A stretch of 64,000 nt of DNA from positions 1,344,001 to 1,408,000 of the forward strand of contig OY782781.1 of the NCBI GenBank assembly GCA_963678315.1, read 5' to 3'. The notes below the pieces were generated by a model. That model was not told where the DNA came from. It did not search any database and saw only the letters and a program-made list of their open reading frames with translations. The stretch's first letter is position 1; each line of letters begins with the position of its first letter. Positions 8,072 through 18,535 of the stretch are shown piece by piece. The translations under genes and the position numbers were made by a program. Origin of the DNA: Candidatus Cloacimonadales bacterium. Lineage in GTDB: Bacteria; Cloacimonadota; Cloacimonadia; Cloacimonadales; JAFGVF01.

Positions 8072-9637
8072 ATGAGGTTTGTTTTGAAAAACAAGAGCGA
8101 TTTAATCGTTGAGATGAAAGGAATAAATAAGAGCTTTTTTGGGAATAAAGCTAATGAAGATGTTAATTTCACATTGAAGAAAGGTGAAATACACGCCCTT
8201 CTAGGTGAGAACGGGACAGGGAAGACAACTTTAATGAACATTCTTACTGGAGTATATGAGCCAGATTCTGGTGATATCTTCTACAAAGGGGAAAAGGTTC
8301 ATTATAAGTATCCAGGTCAAGCTTTGGAAATGGGAATAGGCATGGTGCACCAAAGATTCAGTTTAGTAGGTAATCTAACAGTTTTGGAGAATATTATTCT
8401 AGGAAATCCCAAAAATAGTATGTACTTGAATAAGAAGAAAATCTCTAAACAGATTGAAAAATATGTTCAAGAATATAAATTCCAAGTTGAACTAGATGCC
8501 TTAGTAGAAGGACTTCCTATTGGTTTGAAGCAAAAAGCTGAAATACTTAAAATGTTACTTAGAGATGTTGACGTTCTTATCGTTGATGAACCAACTACAG
8601 TTCTTACAAAACAGGAAACAGATAATCTTCTTGTAAATCTTCAGAAAATTGCTGAAGCAGGTAAATCTGTTGTATTTATATCCCATAAGATGAAGGTAGT
8701 TAGACGAATAGCTGACAGAGTAACAGTCCTAAGAAAAGGTAAACTTATTGGAACAGTGAAACCTGAAGAGGTTACTCCTGAAGAATTATCTATGATGATG
8801 GTGGGTAAGCAAGTTGGTCAAGTTCTGAAGAGAAACAAAGAAGTTGAGCAAAGTAAGATTCTTGCAGTAGAAGGCTTGCACGTTCACTCTGATAAGAAAC
8901 TATTAGCAGTAGATTCTCTATCCTTTGAACTCAATCGAGGAGAAATCTTAGGTATAGCAGGTGTTTCTGGAAACGGACAGACTGAACTATCTGAAGCTAT
9001 CTTCGGAACAAGAGAAATCAGAGATGGTAAGATTTGGTTTAAAGAAAAGGTGATAAACAAGCTTTCAGTTAAAGAGAAAATTGCTATGGGAATAAGCTAT
9101 GTGCCTTCTGATAGAATTCATGTTGGAGTGGCAGGTCAAAGGCCTATATGGGAAAATATTGGCATGAAGATATTCAGATACAAAGAATATAATTCATTAC
9201 TAGGATTGAATAGTAAAAAAATGAAGAAATATGCTGAAGAAATAGTAGAAAAGTATAATATTCATCAACCTGGTATTGAGTTCCCTTCATTGTTACTGTC
9301 TGGTGGGAATTTGCAGAAAGTTATTATTGGTAGAGAAATAGAAGCTGAAAGTGATTTATATATCTTTGAATATCCAACAAGAGGACTAGACGTTGGAGCA
9401 ACTGAGTTTGTTAGAAATACTATCTTAGAACTTAGAAACAATGGGAAAGCTGTAATCCTTATATCTGGTGATTTAGATGAGATATTTATGCTGTCAGATA
9501 GAATTGCAGTAATGCACTCAGGTCACTTTGTTTCAACTTTCCCAAATGGAAAATATGATGTAACTCAAATAGGATTAATGATGAGTGGAACATTAGAACA
9601 TGAACTAGCAATTTATAATAGGAGTACAGATGTATAG
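8072..9637 (+). CDS. Sugar/nucleoside ABC transporter ATP-binding protein (two ABC domains)
   Basis: GENGTGKTT, IVDEPT, FISHK, LSGGNLQK, PTRGLDVGA. Confidence 0.92.
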   Translation: MRFVLKNKSDLIVEMKGINKSFFGNKANEDVNFTLKKGEIHALLGENGTGKTTLMNILTGVYEPDSGDIFYKGEKVHYKYPGQALEMGIGMVHQRFSLVGNLTVLENIILGNPKNSMYLNKKKISKQIEKYVQEYKFQVELDALVEGLPIGLKQKAEILKMLLRDVDVLIVDEPTTVLTKQETDNLLVNLQKIAEAGKSVVFISHKMKVVRRIADRVTVLRKGKLIGTVKPEEVTPEELSMMMVGKQVGQVLKRNKEVEQSKILAVEGLHVHSDKKLLAVDSLSFELNRGEILGIAGVSGNGQTELSEAIFGTREIRDGKIWFKEKVINKLSVKEKIAMGISYVPSDRIHVGVAGQRPIWENIGMKIFRYKEYNSLLGLNSKKMKKYAEEIVEKYNIHQPGIEFPSLLLSGGNLQKVIIGREIEAESDLYIFEYPTRGLDVGATEFVRNTILELRNNGKAVILISGDLDEIFMLSDRIAVMHSGHFVSTFPNGKYDVTQIGLMMSGTLEHELAIYNRSTDV

Positions 9638-10682
9638 AGTGATTTTAGAACAGAAAGAAAGGGTTTCTAAGAATAGAGAACTTCTTTATAATCTAATTGC
9701 AATTCTAGTTGCTTTACTTCTTTCTGGAATTGTGCTTGCCTTTTATGGATTCAATCCATTTACTTCCATAGGTGGAATGTTTAAAACTACATTTGGCTCT
9801 GCTTTTGGATTTAGTGATACAATAATAAAAACTATACCTCTAATCTTTACTGGACTATCAGTAGCTATAGCTCTTAATAGTAAGGTGTGGAATGTTGGAG
9901 CTGAAGGTCAACTATATATAGGTGCTTTGTTTGCTACTTGCTTTGCCTTGTACTTACCGACCTTTCCAAAGATCGTTGAAATTCCTCTCATATTGCTTGC
10001 AAGTATGATTGGTGGTGCTTTATGGGCATTCTTCCCAGCCTTCCTTAAGATGAAGTTTAAGATGAATGAAGTTATATCCACTCTTCTATTAAATTATGTT
10101 GCAATTAGTATCGTTGAGTACTTTGTTTATGGTCCTATGAAAAGACAAGATAACTTTCCTTACTCTGAAGATATTCCCCAAGAAGCTATGTTCAGTAAGA
10201 TAGGTTTTCAGAATGTTCATATAGGTATCATAATTGCTCTCTTACTGGTGGTAATACTATACTATGTACTAAAACATACTCGCTTTGGTTATGAACTAAG
10301 AATAATCGGGTCAAGCATAAAAGCTGCTAATTATGCAGGTATTAACTATGATAGAATGATGCTATTTGTCTTCTTGCTAAGTGGTGCTTTTGCAGGTCTA
10401 GCTGGGGCAAATCAAATATCTGGTATTGAACATAAATTACATTCCCATATCTCTTCTGACTTGGGGTATACTGGTATTATTGTTGCTTGGTTAGCAAGAT
10501 CAAATCCATTTATAATCGTTGCTTTTGCTTTCTTTATGAGCTCACTAATTATTGGTTCAGAAGCGCTAGAGTTTGAAGGTGTTCCGGTAGCTATCGGAAA
10601 AGTAATGCAATCGTTGATTCTCTTCTGTATTCTTGGAAGTGAGTTGTTTAAGAACTATAAAATTAAGGTGAAAAGAGGTTAA
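9630..10682 (+). CDS. Nucleoside ABC transporter permease
   Basis: WNVGAEGQLYIG, NEVISTLLLNY, GYTGIIVAWL; multiple TM segments. Confidence 0.9.
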   Translation: MYRVILEQKERVSKNRELLYNLIAILVALLLSGIVLAFYGFNPFTSIGGMFKTTFGSAFGFSDTIIKTIPLIFTGLSVAIALNSKVWNVGAEGQLYIGALFATCFALYLPTFPKIVEIPLILLASMIGGALWAFFPAFLKMKFKMNEVISTLLLNYVAISIVEYFVYGPMKRQDNFPYSEDIPQEAMFSKIGFQNVHIGIIIALLLVVILYYVLKHTRFGYELRIIGSSIKAANYAGINYDRMMLFVFLLSGAFAGLAGANQISGIEHKLHSHISSDLGYTGIIVAWLARSNPFIIVAFAFFMSSLIIGSEALEFEGVPVAIGKVMQSLILFCILGSELFKNYKIKVKRG

Positions 10683-10683
10683 T

Positions 10684-11628
10684 ATGAGCACTTATGAAAT
10701 TATAGTAACCTTGTTTGTTTCTGCTATAAAAAGTGGAACTATTGTTATCTTCGCGACAGTAGGGGAAATCTACACTGAACGCTCAGGCATTCTTAACTTG
10801 GGTGTAGAGGGTATGATGCTTTTAGGAGCATTAGCAGGCTTTGCAACAGCAGTAATGACTCAGAATATCTTTATAGCCTTCCTTGTTGCTGGAATAGTCG
10901 GTGGACTTGTTTCCTTGATTCATGCCTTTGTGACTATCACTTTGAGAGCTAATCAAGTAGTTTCTGGTTTAGCCATAACAATGTTTGGTGCAGGTCTATC
11001 TTCTTTGCTTGGTGGTGGCTTTGTTAAGATGATTCTTCCTGAATCTGTAAAAGCTTGGACATTACCGATTAATATTCCTCTTCTTAGTAAAATACCCTTC
11101 TTGGGGCAAGTCCTCTTTCAACACAATATCTTTGTTTACTTTGCTTTCTTAGTACCAATACTAGGTTGGTTTATACTCAATAAGACTAAATGGGGATTGG
11201 CAATAAGAGCAACTGGAGAAGAACCCTTAGCCTCTGAAATAATGGGCATAAAAGTAACAAAAGTAAGATACTTATCAACAATGGTTGGTGGAATTCTCTG
11301 TGGTATTTCAGGTGCTTATCTCTCTGTTGTATATTCTTCACTTTGGGGCGATGGAATGACTGCAGGAAAAGGTTGGATTACTATTGCACTTGTTATATTT
11401 GCTAATTGGAGACCTCTACTTGTCTTTGCTGGTGCTTACCTTTTTGGTGGTATGGAAGCTATTATTCCAAGACTGCAAGCATTTGGCGTGGAACTATCTC
11501 CACAGCTACTGAAAGCTGTTCCTTATGTGATGACTATCATCTTCTTATTAGTCATTCAAATGAGAGGAACTCGTTCTAATATGCCTAAGAATATGGGTAA
11601 TGCCTACTTCAGAGAAGGAAGGGATTAA
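10684..11628 (+). CDS. Nucleoside ABC transporter permease
   Basis: ERSGILNLGVEGMML, ANQVVSGLA, GMTAGKGWI. Confidence 0.9.
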   Translation: MSTYEIIVTLFVSAIKSGTIVIFATVGEIYTERSGILNLGVEGMMLLGALAGFATAVMTQNIFIAFLVAGIVGGLVSLIHAFVTITLRANQVVSGLAITMFGAGLSSLLGGGFVKMILPESVKAWTLPINIPLLSKIPFLGQVLFQHNIFVYFAFLVPILGWFILNKTKWGLAIRATGEEPLASEIMGIKVTKVRYLSTMVGGILCGISGAYLSVVYSSLWGDGMTAGKGWITIALVIFANWRPLLVFAGAYLFGGMEAIIPRLQAFGVELSPQLLKAVPYVMTIIFLLVIQMRGTRSNMPKNMGNAYFREGRD

Positions 11629-11657
11629 TAATTACCATAAAATACAATTATAAAACT

Positions 11658-11686
11658 AAAGAGAGTGGAATAAGCCACTCTCTTTT
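11658..11686. terminator. Bidirectional terminator between convergent genes
   Basis: aaagagagtgg-aataag-ccactctctttt. Confidence 0.75.
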
Positions 11687-11926
11687 CAGACTTTTACAAA
11701 AGGCTTAATGGCGAATGTGCTTGTTGGTAAAAATAAGTGTATTGCATTTTGAGATTCGACATAGCTTAGCTAAATCTTTAGCACTCGAAGTATTATAATA
11801 CGTCTTCGACTAAAGTTTTAACTAATCTATTGTCGATTTATTTTTGTAAAAATAAAGCAAAAACATAGAGCCTTGACTTTATCAAGACTCTCTTTTCATT
11901 ATCTATGATTAACTCCACAACTAAAA

Positions 11927-13771
11927 TTAGTTGTTAGAGAAATACCTTTTTCTGTTGCTAAGTAGCATTAAGCTCTTCAGCTCTATCTCATTCTTAGCAT
12001 TCAACCAACCATCTTGGAAATCATCTTCATACACTAAGGAAGCAATAGAAGCAATGTTGCGTAAGTGTTTTATTCTTCTATCCTGAGTACCTCCTAGAAT
12101 AAAGACAGACTTTACACTATGCTCTTTCTCAGTGAACTTTATTCCATGTTTATTCCTAATAATTATTAGGAAGGACTTGTCTTCTCCATCAATCACAATA
12201 TGAGGGATTGCTAGAAAGTCTGATATAGCGAAGTTAGTTTCATTTTGAGCATTAACGAATTTCTGCAAGAGGATCTCAGCTTTCATATCAGTCTTTTCAA
12301 CAAGTGTAGCCACTATAGAAGAAATCATTTCTTCATAGCTAACAGCTTGTTCCATATCAACAATTGTGGCTGACTTAATCAACTTGTCAAAATTATCTTG
12401 TTCAATACTATCTCTATTTATGATTACTTCTCTTAGTTCATCTTCAAGAAGATTTCCTGTTAGCTTGCTATCAACAACTCTTTTCATTAAGTGCAAGAAA
12501 GCATATTCTTTATCCTTAGCTTTACGTCCGTAAATGAAGTAGATTATCATACTAATCACTAGCAAGGATAAACTTATTTCCACAGCTTGCATTCCTATAT
12601 CTGCAATAATTAGGACAAAGGAGATTATAGTAACAATCTGTAACCAAGGATAGAATGGTGTCTTGAAACTTGGTTTGTAATTAACAATTCTGCTTTCCCT
12701 GAATATAACTACTGCAATATTGGTAAGCACATACGATGTAAGAACCACTGTAGAAGCTGCTTTAACTAACATTTCTAAAGGAAGTAATAATGAAACGTAG
12801 ATAAATATACCTGTTAGGATGATAGCTAAAGAAGGAGTTTTAAACTTCTTATTAATCTTAGATATTGAACTAGGAAGTAACTTTTCTCTGCTAAGAGCTA
12901 ATGGGTAGCGAGAAGCTGCCATAATTCCTGCATTGGCTGTTGTAACAAATGCTATTAAAGAAGCAATACTTATAGCCCAGAATCCAGGCTTACCCATGAA
13001 AGTCTTAGCAGAATCAGCTACTGGAGTCAATGACCCACTGAATATCTCAGCCGGCAAAGTTCCTGTGATTATATAGGTCATAACAGTATATATTAAGGTT
13101 ACTACTACTATAGAAGCGATAATTCCAAGAGGTATATTCCTTTTGGGATTGTGTATTTCTTCTGATACATTCACGACTTGAAGTAGTCCCCCATAAGCGA
13201 TAAATACAAATCCAGCAGTTATAATAATTGTGTTTAATCCAGATGAAAATACGTTATTTATTCTAGAACTATCTACATTTGGAAGCCCGTAAACAATATA
13301 TGTAAGCATAAGTAGGAGTAAGCCAATAACCAATATATTCTGGAATGTAACAGCTTCTTTAACTCCAAAGATGTTAATAATCACAAAGATAGTACATAAT
13401 ACTAAGCCCGATATCAATGGACTTATACCAAAGAAGAGAAAGACTATCTCCGATATACCAAATATAGCGAAGGCACTTTTTAGAGATAGTGTAAACCAGC
13501 CAAGGAAGCCTGATATTGTTCCTAGCATTGGTCCAAAGGTTTTATTAATGAAGTAGAAATCACCACCCGATTTAGGCATAGCTGTTGCTAATTCGATAAC
13601 ACTAAGTACGCCCAAAAGTGCTAATATTCCAGCAAGTAAATATGCTAAGAATATTGAAGAACCTGACATTTTAAAAGCTAATCCAGGTAGAATAAATATA
13701 CCTGAACTTATCATTGCTCCAGTTGCAATACTGAAAACTCCAAAGAATCTAATATCTTTTTTTAGTTCCAT
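11927..13771 (-). CDS. APC-family amino acid permease fused to a PTS EIIA-like domain
   Basis: GAMISSGIFILPG, ELATAMPKSGG, EEIHNPKRNIP; C-terminal LAIPH EIIA motif. Confidence 0.88.
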   Translation of the reverse strand: MELKKDIRFFGVFSIATGAMISSGIFILPGLAFKMSGSSIFLAYLLAGILALLGVLSVIELATAMPKSGGDFYFINKTFGPMLGTISGFLGWFTLSLKSAFAIFGISEIVFLFFGISPLISGLVLCTIFVIINIFGVKEAVTFQNILVIGLLLLMLTYIVYGLPNVDSSRINNVFSSGLNTIIITAGFVFIAYGGLLQVVNVSEEIHNPKRNIPLGIIASIVVVTLIYTVMTYIITGTLPAEIFSGSLTPVADSAKTFMGKPGFWAISIASLIAFVTTANAGIMAASRYPLALSREKLLPSSISKINKKFKTPSLAIILTGIFIYVSLLLPLEMLVKAASTVVLTSYVLTNIAVVIFRESRIVNYKPSFKTPFYPWLQIVTIISFVLIIADIGMQAVEISLSLLVISMIIYFIYGRKAKDKEYAFLHLMKRVVDSKLTGNLLEDELREVIINRDSIEQDNFDKLIKSATIVDMEQAVSYEEMISSIVATLVEKTDMKAEILLQKFVNAQNETNFAISDFLAIPHIVIDGEDKSFLIIIRNKHGIKFTEKEHSVKSVFILGGTQDRRIKHLRNIASIASLVYEDDFQDGWLNAKNEIELKSLMLLSNRKRYFSNN

Positions 13772-13941
13772 ATCTTTACCCTTTTTATTTTACAATATGA
13801 CTAGAAATAAGTTTGTGGCAAATGAAATATAAGGTTATTAACAAAATTACATGATATTAGTAGTAAATATTAGATGAGTATTGACATTATATTAGGATAT
13901 ATATTTAATACATCAAGAATAAAATATTGATTGAGGAAGAT

Positions 13942-15054
13942 ATGAATTATATAATCACAGGTAATACATACAATAGCAAATTTATAGATGAAATAGCTAA
14001 GAATGATGATGTAATTGCAATGAGTGGGGAAGAGCTTGAAAAGAGTGATATCCGATTTAAAAAAGAGGACAAGGTTTATGTTCCTTCAGAAACATCATTA
14101 AGTATAGTAATGGACAGGATTGAAGATAAAGACTATGTTGAAGGCATAAATAAGCTTAAGAATAAATACTTCTGTAGAGAGGTTATTCAACCAATGTACC
14201 CAGACTTTTACTTTGCTAAAGCTACTATAGATCAAATCCCTAAGCTTGACTTAATTGGTAAAAAGGTTGTGATAAAACCATTAAAAGGTTTCTTCGGTAC
14301 AGGTGTCCGTTTTGCTAATGAATCTACTGATTTAACAGAATTAGCTAAAGATATGCAAAAGGAAGTAGAAGAGAATGCTAAATTCTTCCCTGAATCTATC
14401 CTCACCAAGAATGAATACATTATAGAGGAAGAGATTACTGGTGATGAATACGCTGTAGATATGTTCTTCAACAAAGATGGGGAAGTTTGCATCACTAATA
14501 TATATTATCATCCAGAACCAATGATAGCTGATTATTTCCATCTAATGTACTATACTAATGAAAGTATATTTAATGATTATCTCGCTACATTTACAGATTT
14601 CTTTAACAACTTGAATAAAATCATGAAGCTAAAGTCTTTCCCTATTCATGCTGAATTCAAGAAGCAAGATGGTATCATGGTTCCTATTGAACTAAATCCA
14701 ATGAGATATGGTGGTTTTGGTTTATCCGATTTAACTTATAACTCATTCCACTACAAACCAATTTCTGGATATTTCTATGATAATAAAGCTGATTGGACTA
14801 AGATTTGGGCTGAAAGAAAGGACAAGAACTTCGCTTGGATTTTAGGTTATAATGGTAACAGCATCAATGTTAATGAATCTCAACCTATGCATGATGAATA
14901 CATTGAATATTTGAAAGAATACTGCTCCATTATTGACTATGTTGAACTTAATCACCTAGAAAACCCTGTTTTCTCTTTAGCTTATGTTGTGAATAATGAT
15001 TTAAATAGGAAGAAAGAACTTCTAAGTACTGATTTTAATAGATTCTTTAGATAG
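13942..15054 (+). CDS. ATP-grasp domain protein
   Basis: KNKY..R, VIKPLKGFFGTGV, IIEEEITGDEYAVD, HAEF, IELNP.RYGG; GAGGA RBS before ATG 13942. Confidence 0.85.
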   Translation: MNYIITGNTYNSKFIDEIAKNDDVIAMSGEELEKSDIRFKKEDKVYVPSETSLSIVMDRIEDKDYVEGINKLKNKYFCREVIQPMYPDFYFAKATIDQIPKLDLIGKKVVIKPLKGFFGTGVRFANESTDLTELAKDMQKEVEENAKFFPESILTKNEYIIEEEITGDEYAVDMFFNKDGEVCITNIYYHPEPMIADYFHLMYYTNESIFNDYLATFTDFFNNLNKIMKLKSFPIHAEFKKQDGIMVPIELNPMRYGGFGLSDLTYNSFHYKPISGYFYDNKADWTKIWAERKDKNFAWILGYNGNSINVNESQPMHDEYIEYLKEYCSIIDYVELNHLENPVFSLAYVVNNDLNRKKELLSTDFNRFFR

Positions 15055-15101
15055 TAGTTTTATAGAGAATGATTTTAGAGCTTGGGTATATCCTGAGCTC
15101 T

Positions 15102-15761
15102 TTATTCGTTTTTTAGCAAGGTAAATTTATCCCCTGAATTATATATTCTCAAATCATATTCTTGATAGGTCTCTTTTTTCTTAAATAGATAGAATTGTCC
15201 TTTACCAGAACACTTATAGTTAACTTGGTCAGTAATCTTTATGGCGATATCATCATCAATCCCAAATGCATAGTTTACTTTATTCTTCTTAGCTTTCTTT
15301 AATAGTTCATTGAATCTATTAAGCTCAGAGAAATGAGGTTTTAGGACAATATCTTCTAGTATTCCATAATTAGTAGCTAGAATTGCCCCAGCTGAAATTC
15401 CTGCATAAGCCACACCATTAAGGAACTTACTTCTAATTATATCTTTGATTTTATCATTATAGTATATTTTTTGGTATGAATGCATGTGACCACCCCACAC
15501 AAGAATTCTACTTGCTTGGCATAGAACTTCAATGTCTTTATCTGCAATTTTGTAAGTATCTCTCTCAGGTGATATCAAGTGAATCTGCTCAACTTTTAAT
15601 TCTGGAGCAAAGGTCAGTATTCTATTAGCAACAGTCTCTTCCATATCTTTATGTTGAATTAGTACTGCTAACGTTATATAATTATCATCGCTAGCTAAGA
15701 AGTCGTGAAACATCTTTGCGGTATATGTATTTAACTGACTAAATAAGTAGATATAAGTCAT
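15102..15761 (-). CDS. Peptidase S51 / cyanophycinase-like (type 1 glutamine amidotransferase fold)
   Basis: VWGGH, AGISAGA nucleophile elbow, PHF, GIDD. Confidence 0.75.
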   Translation of the reverse strand: MTYIYLFSQLNTYTAKMFHDFLASDDNYITLAVLIQHKDMEETVANRILTFAPELKVEQIHLISPERDTYKIADKDIEVLCQASRILVWGGHMHSYQKIYYNDKIKDIIRSKFLNGVAYAGISAGAILATNYGILEDIVLKPHFSELNRFNELLKKAKKNKVNYAFGIDDDIAIKITDQVNYKCSGKGQFYLFKKKETYQEYDLRIYNSGDKFTLLKNE

Positions 15762-15772
15762 TATAATCCTTG

Positions 15773-16699
15773 TTAATTTTGTTTTGCAGTTTGAGTAATA
15801 ACTTGCTCTTTATCTTTTCTGCTCAAGAGATAACCGGCTAAAGTTATCAAAGATCCTCCGATAATCAAAGTTCTATTAATGGGAAGATTGAGGAATAAAG
15901 CTTCATTAACTGTAGTAAATAAAACTGTAAAAGTAAAGAGAATACTTGCTGTTGAAGCACTAATGCCAGTTAAAGCAAAGTTCCATAACAAATATGAAAT
16001 TCCAGATTGAAAAATCCCCATTTCCAAGAACCAGAATATTTCTGAACTTGTTGTTGGAATTCTTCCTTGAATGAAAAAGTAGATTGGACTCATCATCACT
16101 GATGATATTAAGAATATCCAAAATAGCAGTTTTATAACTGTGTAGGGATTGCTCTTGTTATCCTTTAATAAATCAGCTGAAAAGTAAATATAACCACCAA
16201 AGGTAATCCCTGTTAGAATACCTAAAACAATACCTAACTGGTATCCATCTCCAAGCTCAGGGAAAGAGCCTTTACCAAATACTATGGTAACTAAACCAAT
16301 CATAGCAATAATTAAGGATATTACCTGTATTTTTGTTGGTAAAAGCTTATCTTTTAAGAAGACTGCAATTAGAACAAACACAGGGGCTAGATTTTCAAGA
16401 ATCATCACTAATGTACCATGCAAGTACTTTAATGTTATATGATATAATAATGAATTAGCACATATTCCTATCAGACTGACTATCATAATTTTCTTGAAGT
16501 TTTTCTTTAACAGATTAAATCCATAGTCCTTTTTTGGAAGAAGAAATAAGGCAAATATGATTGTTCCTATCCAGAATCTTGATACAGCTACATAGCTCAT
16601 GTCAATTCCTTGAACAGCTAAATAGCGACCAGCTGGACCGTGTATTCCCCAAGAAAACAATGCTAAGAAAGCATATATCAGAGCTTTATTTCTAGACAT
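15773..16699 (-). CDS. EamA/DMT family transporter
   Basis: About 10 TM segments in two EamA repeats; FSWG...R and SYLLWN patterns. Confidence 0.85.
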   Translation of the reverse strand: MSRNKALIYAFLALFSWGIHGPAGRYLAVQGIDMSYVAVSRFWIGTIIFALFLLPKKDYGFNLLKKNFKKIMIVSLIGICANSLLYHITLKYLHGTLVMILENLAPVFVLIAVFLKDKLLPTKIQVISLIIAMIGLVTIVFGKGSFPELGDGYQLGIVLGILTGITFGGYIYFSADLLKDNKSNPYTVIKLLFWIFLISSVMMSPIYFFIQGRIPTTSSEIFWFLEMGIFQSGISYLLWNFALTGISASTASILFTFTVLFTTVNEALFLNLPINRTLIIGGSLITLAGYLLSRKDKEQVITQTAKQN

Positions 16700-16701
16700 A
16701 T

Positions 16702-17889
16702 TTATGTATGAATTAAAATTAAAGGAACAAGCATTTCTTGTGCGTTCAGCCCTGCATGCATAGCCTTGAACTGATGTACATAATTGTTTGTAGAATACCT
16801 AGTATGAATGGAACTAGAACCAATAGCAATGACAAAATAATTACCTAGAGTATCTTCTAGTCTAGAATGAGGTATGCCTCTTCCAAGAAGTTCTTGCTCA
16901 AAGAATTCTTCTCTTGTAAGAAGAAGAAACTGATCTTTTTTATCTTCGAAAAAGCTTAAGAATTCTTCCTTTTTATGGTCTTTCACAAAACATGATATAA
17001 ATCTTGGTTCTGGGAAAGTGGGTAGTATTAGACTATCCCAAAGTTCAGGAACATCATTTGATACAATCTGATTATTAGTGTTCAAAAGACCGTGGTCAGC
17101 TGTTACCATTATCAAGCTTTTAGTACCTTGAAGAGATTGCTTTAATCTTTCAACTTTATTCTGGATGTCTTCAATAATCTTTGTTATCTCAGGATCATCA
17201 ACACCCAGTTTATGCATAGATTTATCAGGTTCTCCAGTATAACAGTAAAACAATTTCTTGCTGTCATTAGCTTTAACAGCTTGAGCAACATATTCTAACC
17301 CTTCACCAAACTCTTCATAAGGACTAACTATAGCAGTATCGCTGGCCATACGAGTATACTTAGAGTTAGTAAGTTTACTAGAAGTAACGTAATGTTGTTC
17401 AACTTCTGGAGCACTTTTATGTATCTTCTTAAAGATTGAATCAAAATGCATAATATCATGTATTTCTGTATAATTGCATGGAAGCATATTCCCTGATGTT
17501 GAGTCCATTAATGGTAAGAAATCAATCATTTTAAAGTAATCCTTAAAATAAATAGTCCAACCAATAATTCCATGCTCTAGTGGAGAAACACCGGATAGAA
17601 ATGAAGATATTGCAGCTGAAGTTGTGCTCGGAAAGACAGAAGTTAATGTCCTTTTTTGATTACTTCTGAATAAAGAATCTTCTGCTAAGTGCTTCTTAAG
17701 AATTTCACTTCCCATACCATCGACAACTAGAAAAACAATATTATCAAACTGTCTGAAATATTCTTTACTTAGCTCTGGTAAGGGTTTATAAGATTGCTCA
17801 TACCCAAATAAATCTAACAATGAAGCAGTAATATTTAGAATACTGTTATCATAGTCTGGGTATACTATTTTATTATTAATGTTACACAT
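16702..17889 (-). CDS. Alkaline phosphatase superfamily / type I phosphodiesterase-nucleotide pyrophosphatase
   Basis: LVVDGMG, SVFPSTT, D..MH..G, VTADHG, H.GL..EMLVPL. Confidence 0.85.
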   Translation of the reverse strand: MCNINNKIVYPDYDNSILNITASLLDLFGYEQSYKPLPELSKEYFRQFDNIVFLVVDGMGSEILKKHLAEDSLFRSNQKRTLTSVFPSTTSAAISSFLSGVSPLEHGIIGWTIYFKDYFKMIDFLPLMDSTSGNMLPCNYTEIHDIMHFDSIFKKIHKSAPEVEQHYVTSSKLTNSKYTRMASDTAIVSPYEEFGEGLEYVAQAVKANDSKKLFYCYTGEPDKSMHKLGVDDPEITKIIEDIQNKVERLKQSLQGTKSLIMVTADHGLLNTNNQIVSNDVPELWDSLILPTFPEPRFISCFVKDHKKEEFLSFFEDKKDQFLLLTREEFFEQELLGRGIPHSRLEDTLGNYFVIAIGSSSIHTRYSTNNYVHQFKAMHAGLNAQEMLVPLILIHT

Positions 17890-18021
17890 AAATCTCGGTT
17901 CTCCTTAAAAATATAAAATAATATCTAACATATATTAGTCAAATTTTATCTAAAATAAATTTAAATTGACATTTGCAAGTATTCAAACATATTAGATAAA
18001 AAACTAAAGTTTGGAGGAATA

Positions 18022-18522
18022 ATGACCAAAGTTATATTCGAAACATCACACGGCAACTTCTCAATTGAGATGTATGAAGCTAAAGCTCCTACAACCGTAG
18101 AGAACTTTCTTAATTATGTGAAAAGTGGATTCTATAATGGAATAATTTTTCATAGAATTATCGATGGATTTATGGTGCAAGCAGGTGGCTATGATTCTGA
18201 ATGGAATTATAAAGAAAGTGATTCTACTATCAAAAATGAAGCTGATAATATGCTTAGCAATGAAATAGGCACTATTGCCATGGCAAGAACTAATGATCCT
18301 CATTCTGCATCATCACAGTTCTTTATCAATGTGGCTAATAATACTTTTTTAAACTACCAAAATAAAAGCAATTGGGGCTATTGTGTTTTTGGAAAAGTTG
18401 TTGAGGGAATGGAAGTAGTTAACAAAATCAAAGAAGTTGATACTTTTGTAAATCCTATGACTAGAATGCAAGATTGGCCAAAAGATAACGTTGTAATAGA
18501 GAAAGCTTACATAGCTGAATAA
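18022..18522 (+). CDS. ppiB: Cyclophilin-type peptidyl-prolyl cis-trans isomerase
   Basis: FHRIIDGFMVQAGG, GTIAMART.DPHSASSQFFIN, YCVFGKV. Confidence 0.93.
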   Translation: MTKVIFETSHGNFSIEMYEAKAPTTVENFLNYVKSGFYNGIIFHRIIDGFMVQAGGYDSEWNYKESDSTIKNEADNMLSNEIGTIAMARTNDPHSASSQFFINVANNTFLNYQNKSNWGYCVFGKVVEGMEVVNKIKEVDTFVNPMTRMQDWPKDNVVIEKAYIAE

Positions 18523-18535
18523 GTAGCTTGCTATA

